DNA from: Nanoarchaeum equitans Kin4-M
GTDB taxonomy: Archaea; Nanobdellota; Nanobdellia; Nanobdellales; Nanoarchaeaceae
Direction of reading: 5' to 3'
Length of the DNA stretch: 32,000 nt
Assembly: GCA_000008085.1 (NCBI GenBank)
Contig: AE017199.1
Location: forward strand, 390,001-422,000
Positions within the stretch are counted from its first letter, which is position 1, and each line of letters starts with the position of its first letter. Both the position numbers and the translations under genes were made by a program. Below are positions 28,540 through 32,000 of the stretch, one piece after another. The notes beneath the pieces are model-generated. The model searched no databases. It was not told the DNA's origin and saw nothing but the letters and a program-made list of their open reading frames with translations.

Positions 28540-29146
28540 TTTGATTTTCCTTTAGCTCATTTAAGAATTTTTCTTTATTCTCTATCCATTTATCTATATC
28601 GATTAGTGTAACAGTTTTTGCCACATTTATTGATAAATTATTTCCTATAATAAATTGTTCCCCTCCCAATTCATGTATATGCCCATGTATATGCAATAGC
28701 AATTCTTTGTTTTCAAGTATGTCCCTTAATCTTACAGAACCTGGTATAAAATCTATACCATCAGGATGTTCATGCGTTACTAATATAGTATTAGAATCGA
28801 TTAATGGCTCTATTTCATTATATTCATCTTCACTAATAAAATATGGTCCTACCGTTGCGAATCCCATGCCTACTAAATTAAATTTGCCAAAGTCTATCCT
28901 TTTTTTATGAATAGAATGGACATTACTGTATTGTTCTGTCAATCTTTCTATAAACTCTGGAGGATCGTTGTTGCCTGGTATAATATAAAAGTCCTTATCG
29001 ATTTCAAATAAATTCAAATCAAAATTTCCACCATAATCAACCAAATCCCCAGCGATAACAATCATATCTGCATTTTCTGCTTCTTTTTTGATTTCTTTCT
29101 CAAGGGTTTTGCTATTATGTATGTCAGATGTAAATAATATTTTCAT
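28526..29146 (-). CDS. Metallophosphoesterase
   Basis: FTSDIHNSK, AGDLVDYGG, IPGNNDPPE, VTHEHPDG, HIHGHIHELGGEQ. Confidence 0.9.
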   Translation of the reverse strand: MKILFTSDIHNSKTLEKEIKKEAENADMIVIAGDLVDYGGNFDLNLFEIDKDFYIIPGNNDPPEFIERLTEQYSNVHSIHKKRIDFGKFNLVGMGFATVGPYFISEDEYNEIEPLIDSNTILVTHEHPDGIDFIPGSVRLRDILENKELLLHIHGHIHELGGEQFIIGNNLSINVAKTVTLIDIDKWIENKEKFLNELKENQNETI

Positions 29147-29174
29147 CCAAATTAAGGATTAAGCAAAATAAAAA

Positions 29175-29223
29175 CGGGCAGCCACGGGGAACCCCGCATG
29201 CTAGGCCGCTACACCACGGGGCT
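29175..29223 (-). tRNA. Candidate split-tRNA 5' half (A1 start; tRNA-Gln-like), followed by a GC-rich trailer and T-rich tract
   Basis: AGCCCCG TG GTGT AGCGGCCTA GCAT G CGGGG TTCCCCGTGGCTGCCCG then TTTTATTTT; no T-arm or 3' acceptor strand; own TTTAAA box exactly 20 nt upstream of A1. Confidence 0.7.
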
Positions 29224-29349
29224 AGAGGTTTAGTAAGTGTACATTTAAAAATTTTTACCGTATAGCCATTTCTCAGTAGTTTTATTTGTGAATAAAACGA
29301 AATAAGCAACCTATAATTAATATTATTAAATAAGGAGGTTTAAAAATTT

Positions 29350-30414
29350 ATGGTGATGGACGATATCCTAAAAGAGGCACTAGAAACAATGAAAGACATA
29401 AATCTATCAAAAGCGAGAGCAGCAAACATAAAAGTTGTAGGTGTGGGCGGTGCAGGATGCAATATAATAGAATGGCTATACAAAAAGAAGATAGAGAATG
29501 TTGATCTAATAGCAATGAATACTGATGCAGTGCATTTAAAAAGTATGAAGGTTGATCCTGAAAGAGTAAAAAGAATACTTTTAGGACCAGATATTACAAA
29601 GGGCCATGGTGCTGGTGGTAAACCAGAAGTCGCCGAACAAGCCGCTAGAGAGAGTGCCAAAGAGATAAAGCAATTATTAGAAGGGGCAGACTTAGTTTGG
29701 GTAGTTGCTGGCATGGGAGGAGGTACAGGCACAGGAGCAGCCCCAGTAGTAGCAGAAATAGCCCAAAATGTTGGAGCTTTAGTAACAAGTTTCGCTATAA
29801 CCCCATTTAGATTTGAAGGGAGAAGATTACAAATAGCTTGGGAAGGGATTAGAAGGTTAACAGAATTTAGTAATACCACAGTTATATTAGATAACAATAA
29901 GCTATTCGAAGTAGCAAGAGGTTTAAATGTGCAACAAGCTTTTGCTTTGTCTAATGAATTGGTAGCACAAACAGTAAGTGGGGTAGTAGAGATAGTAACT
30001 GGGGCCGCAGATATAAATAGAGATTTAGCAGACATAAAAGCTATTATGGAAGAAGGACATGTCGCTGCTATTGGTATTGGAGAATCCTCTAGTGAGAATA
30101 GACTAATAGAAGCAGTAACTAGGGCCATAAAACATCCATTGTTAGATGTAGATGTTAAGGGCGCCAAAGGTGCTTTAATCTATATAACAGCAGGGCCAGA
30201 TTTTAAAATAGATGAACTAAAATCGTTGGAAACATTTGTTAAAAATAATTTAGACAGTAACGCCTATGTTAGCTGGGGTTTAAAAATAAGAGAAGACTTC
30301 GGCGAAAAAGTAAGAGTAATAGCAATAGTTACTGGAGTAAAAAGCCCCTATATAATTGGTAAAGACTTTATATCAAGAAAAAAAGATGAGTATGGAATAG
30401 ATAAAATTTTGTAA
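29350..30414 (+). CDS. ftsZ: Cell division protein FtsZ
   Basis: GVGGAGCNIIEWL, AGMGGGTGTGAAPVVAEIA, NTTVILDNNKL; Shine-Dalgarno AAGGAGGT at 29332-29339. Confidence 0.97.
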   Translation: MVMDDILKEALETMKDINLSKARAANIKVVGVGGAGCNIIEWLYKKKIENVDLIAMNTDAVHLKSMKVDPERVKRILLGPDITKGHGAGGKPEVAEQAARESAKEIKQLLEGADLVWVVAGMGGGTGTGAAPVVAEIAQNVGALVTSFAITPFRFEGRRLQIAWEGIRRLTEFSNTTVILDNNKLFEVARGLNVQQAFALSNELVAQTVSGVVEIVTGAADINRDLADIKAIMEEGHVAAIGIGESSSENRLIEAVTRAIKHPLLDVDVKGAKGALIYITAGPDFKIDELKSLETFVKNNLDSNAYVSWGLKIREDFGEKVRVIAIVTGVKSPYIIGKDFISRKKDEYGIDKIL

Positions 30415-30502
30415 AACCAGTTTAGCATAATTTTCGAGAATTTTGTTTGATTAAAACAAAACATTGTTGAAATATATTTAAAGAAAAGCTCTATTGTTGT
30501 GT

Positions 30503-32000
30503 ATGTCCGAAGAAGGAATTAAACTAAAAGTAGCAGAAGCGTACCAAGAAGATGTATATTTAGGAAAAGTAAGAGTAGACTACGATGTTCTAGATAGATT
30601 AGGATTGTCCCCCGGCGATATAATAGAAATAGAAGGAACCAGAAAAACCTATGCTATTGCTGATGTTTTATATCCAGAAGACCAAGGATTAGGTATAATA
30701 AGGATGGATGGTGTAATAAGAAAAAATGCTGGTGTAGGTGTAGGAGAATATGTAATAGTTAGAAAACCACCAAAACCCCAAATAGCGAAAAAAGTAGTAT
30801 TAGCCCCAGTAAAAAAGGAAGAACAAATAATCATTGACGAATACTATTTAAGGAATTTACTAAATGGCTTCGTAGTAACTAAAGGAGACTATGTAGTAGT
30901 TAGGTTTGATAATTTAGGCTTCTTCATCGATTTTCTACCATTAAAAGAGATGTGGTTCAAAGTAGTTTCTACTAACCCACCAAAAGGCCCAGTAATAATA
31001 GGAAGAGATACAATAATTGAAATTAAACCAGGAGGAGTACAAGAAATACCAGAAGTAACTTACGAAGATATTGGGGGAATGAAAGATGTTATACAAAAGG
31101 TTAGGGAATTAGTTGAATTACCCTTAAGACATCCAGAGATATTTGAAAGGTTAGGCATAGAACCTCCAAAGGGAGTTCTATTATACGGGCCTCCAGGTAC
31201 AGGTAAAACATTATTAGCTAAAGCAGTAGCTAACGAGAGTGGAGCATATTTCATTAGCATAAATGGGCCTGAAATAGTAAGTAAATATGTTGGAGAGAGC
31301 GAAGCAAAATTAAGAGAAATATTCGAGGAAGCACAAAAGAATGCCCCTGCCATTATATTTATAGATGAAATAGACGCTATTGCTCCAAAAAGAGATGAAG
31401 CTGTTGGTGAAGTAGAAAGAAGGCTAGTAGCGCAATTGTTAACTCTAATGGACGGTCTTAAATCTAGAGGGAAAGTAATTGTTATCGCTGCTACAAATAG
31501 ACCTAATGCTTTAGACCCCGCTTTAAGAAGGCCCGGTAGATTCGATAGAGAAATAGAAGTACCTGTCCCAAATGAAGAAGCTAGGTATGAAATATTGAAA
31601 GTACATACTAGAAGAGTCCCATTGGGTAAAAGAGTAGTAGAAAAAGTAGATGGCAAAACAGTTGAAAAGTATGTGCCATTAACTAAAGAGGAGAAAGAAC
31701 AATTGTTAAGAAAATTAGCAGCAATGACGCATGGTTTCGTTGGGGCTGATTTGGCAGCCCTAGTTAAAGAAGCAGCTATGAACGCTATTAGAAGAGTAAT
31801 ACCAGACATATTAGCTTTAAAAGAAGAGAAATTGCCTAAAGAATTATTAGAAAAATTAATGGTTACTGAAGAAGACTTCAAAGAAGCATTAAAGATGGTT
31901 ACCCCTTCTGCGATGAGAGAATTCTATATAGAAATACCAAAGGTTAAATGGGAAGATATTGGTGGTTTAGAAGAAGTTAAACAAGAACTAAGAGAAACTG
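30503..32000 (+). CDS. cdc48: CDC48/VCP-type AAA+ ATPase, 3'-truncated by window end
   Basis: Double-psi barrel N-domain, [57 protein letters not shown]; open to window end; TTTAAA 30477-30482 exactly 20 nt upstream. Confidence 0.96.
   Translation, partial: MSEEGIKLKVAEAYQEDVYLGKVRVDYDVLDRLGLSPGDIIEIEGTRKTYAIADVLYPEDQGLGIIRMDGVIRKNAGVGVGEYVIVRKPPKPQIAKKVVLAPVKKEEQIIIDEYYLRNLLNGFVVTKGDYVVVRFDNLGFFIDFLPLKEMWFKVVSTNPPKGPVIIGRDTIIEIKPGGVQEIPEVTYEDIGGMKDVIQKVRELVELPLRHPEIFERLGIEPPKGVLLYGPPGTGKTLLAKAVANESGAYFISINGPEIVSKYVGESEAKLREIFEEAQKNAPAIIFIDEIDAIAPKRDEAVGEVERRLVAQLLTLMDGLKSRGKVIVIAATNRPNALDPALRRPGRFDREIEVPVPNEEARYEILKVHTRRVPLGKRVVEKVDGKTVEKYVPLTKEEKEQLLRKLAAMTHGFVGADLAALVKEAAMNAIRRVIPDILALKEEKLPKELLEKLMVTEEDFKEALKMVTPSAMREFYIEIPKVKWEDIGGLEEVKQELRET

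Noticed and set aside
19225-29223. Pairing the two tRNA halves in this window (19225+ and 29223-) with each other
   Set aside because: Acceptor strands AGCCCCG and CGGGGGC do not pair over 7 bp, the anticodon stem CGGGG/CCCGG has a mismatch, C73 conflicts with a Gln/Gly-like half, and trailer and leader share only a 6-bp CTGCCC/GGGCAG match in the wrong place. They would nearly fit if one C were missing, but the leader/trailer mismatch makes partnership unlikely.
31060-31881. 273-aa reverse-strand ORF (and 29340..30167 reverse)
   Set aside because: Antisense to unambiguous cdc48 and ftsZ coding sequence.
1-32000. CRISPR arrays, transposases, integrases, toxin-antitoxin or defence genes
   Set aside because: No regularly spaced direct repeats or recognisable proteins of these classes were seen; the only tandem repeats are the coding Cys-rich arrays.

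Overview
This 32 kb window is from an AT-rich, very compact archaeal genome that looks like Nanoarchaeota/DPANN. It has a solitary high-GC 23S rRNA gene with a perfect 22-bp flanking processing stem, dispersed ribosomal protein genes (uS9, uL16/L10e, uS13, eS8) and rpo3. Other housekeeping genes are cbf5, metG, ppa, ftsZ, CDC48-type AAA ATPase, RNase J, Rio1, Rio2, YchF-like GTPase and TatD. There are several pilin-like or secreted proteins, a minimal archaeosortase-like protein and a Cys-rich repeat surface protein. Main observations: (1) two GC-rich islands that look like separately transcribed halves of split tRNAs, a 3' half with C73 at 19225-19281(+) and a 5' half with A1 at 29175-29223(-); (2) a rigid promoter rule, TTTAAA-N20-(+1), that places +1 exactly on the start codon of many protein genes and on nucleotide 1 of both intact tRNAs and the 5' half, implying leaderless mRNAs and tRNA 5' ends made by initiation rather than by RNase P; (3) palindromic TATA boxes centred between divergent genes that appear to serve both directions; (4) a C/D box sRNA whose two guides both match 23S rRNA in this window; (5) non-canonical bases in the 23S, including an A at the position equivalent to E. 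coli G2661 in the sarcin-ricin loop. No CRISPR, mobile element, 16S or 5S was recognised. Family and organism assignments come from motif recognition only; no searches were run.
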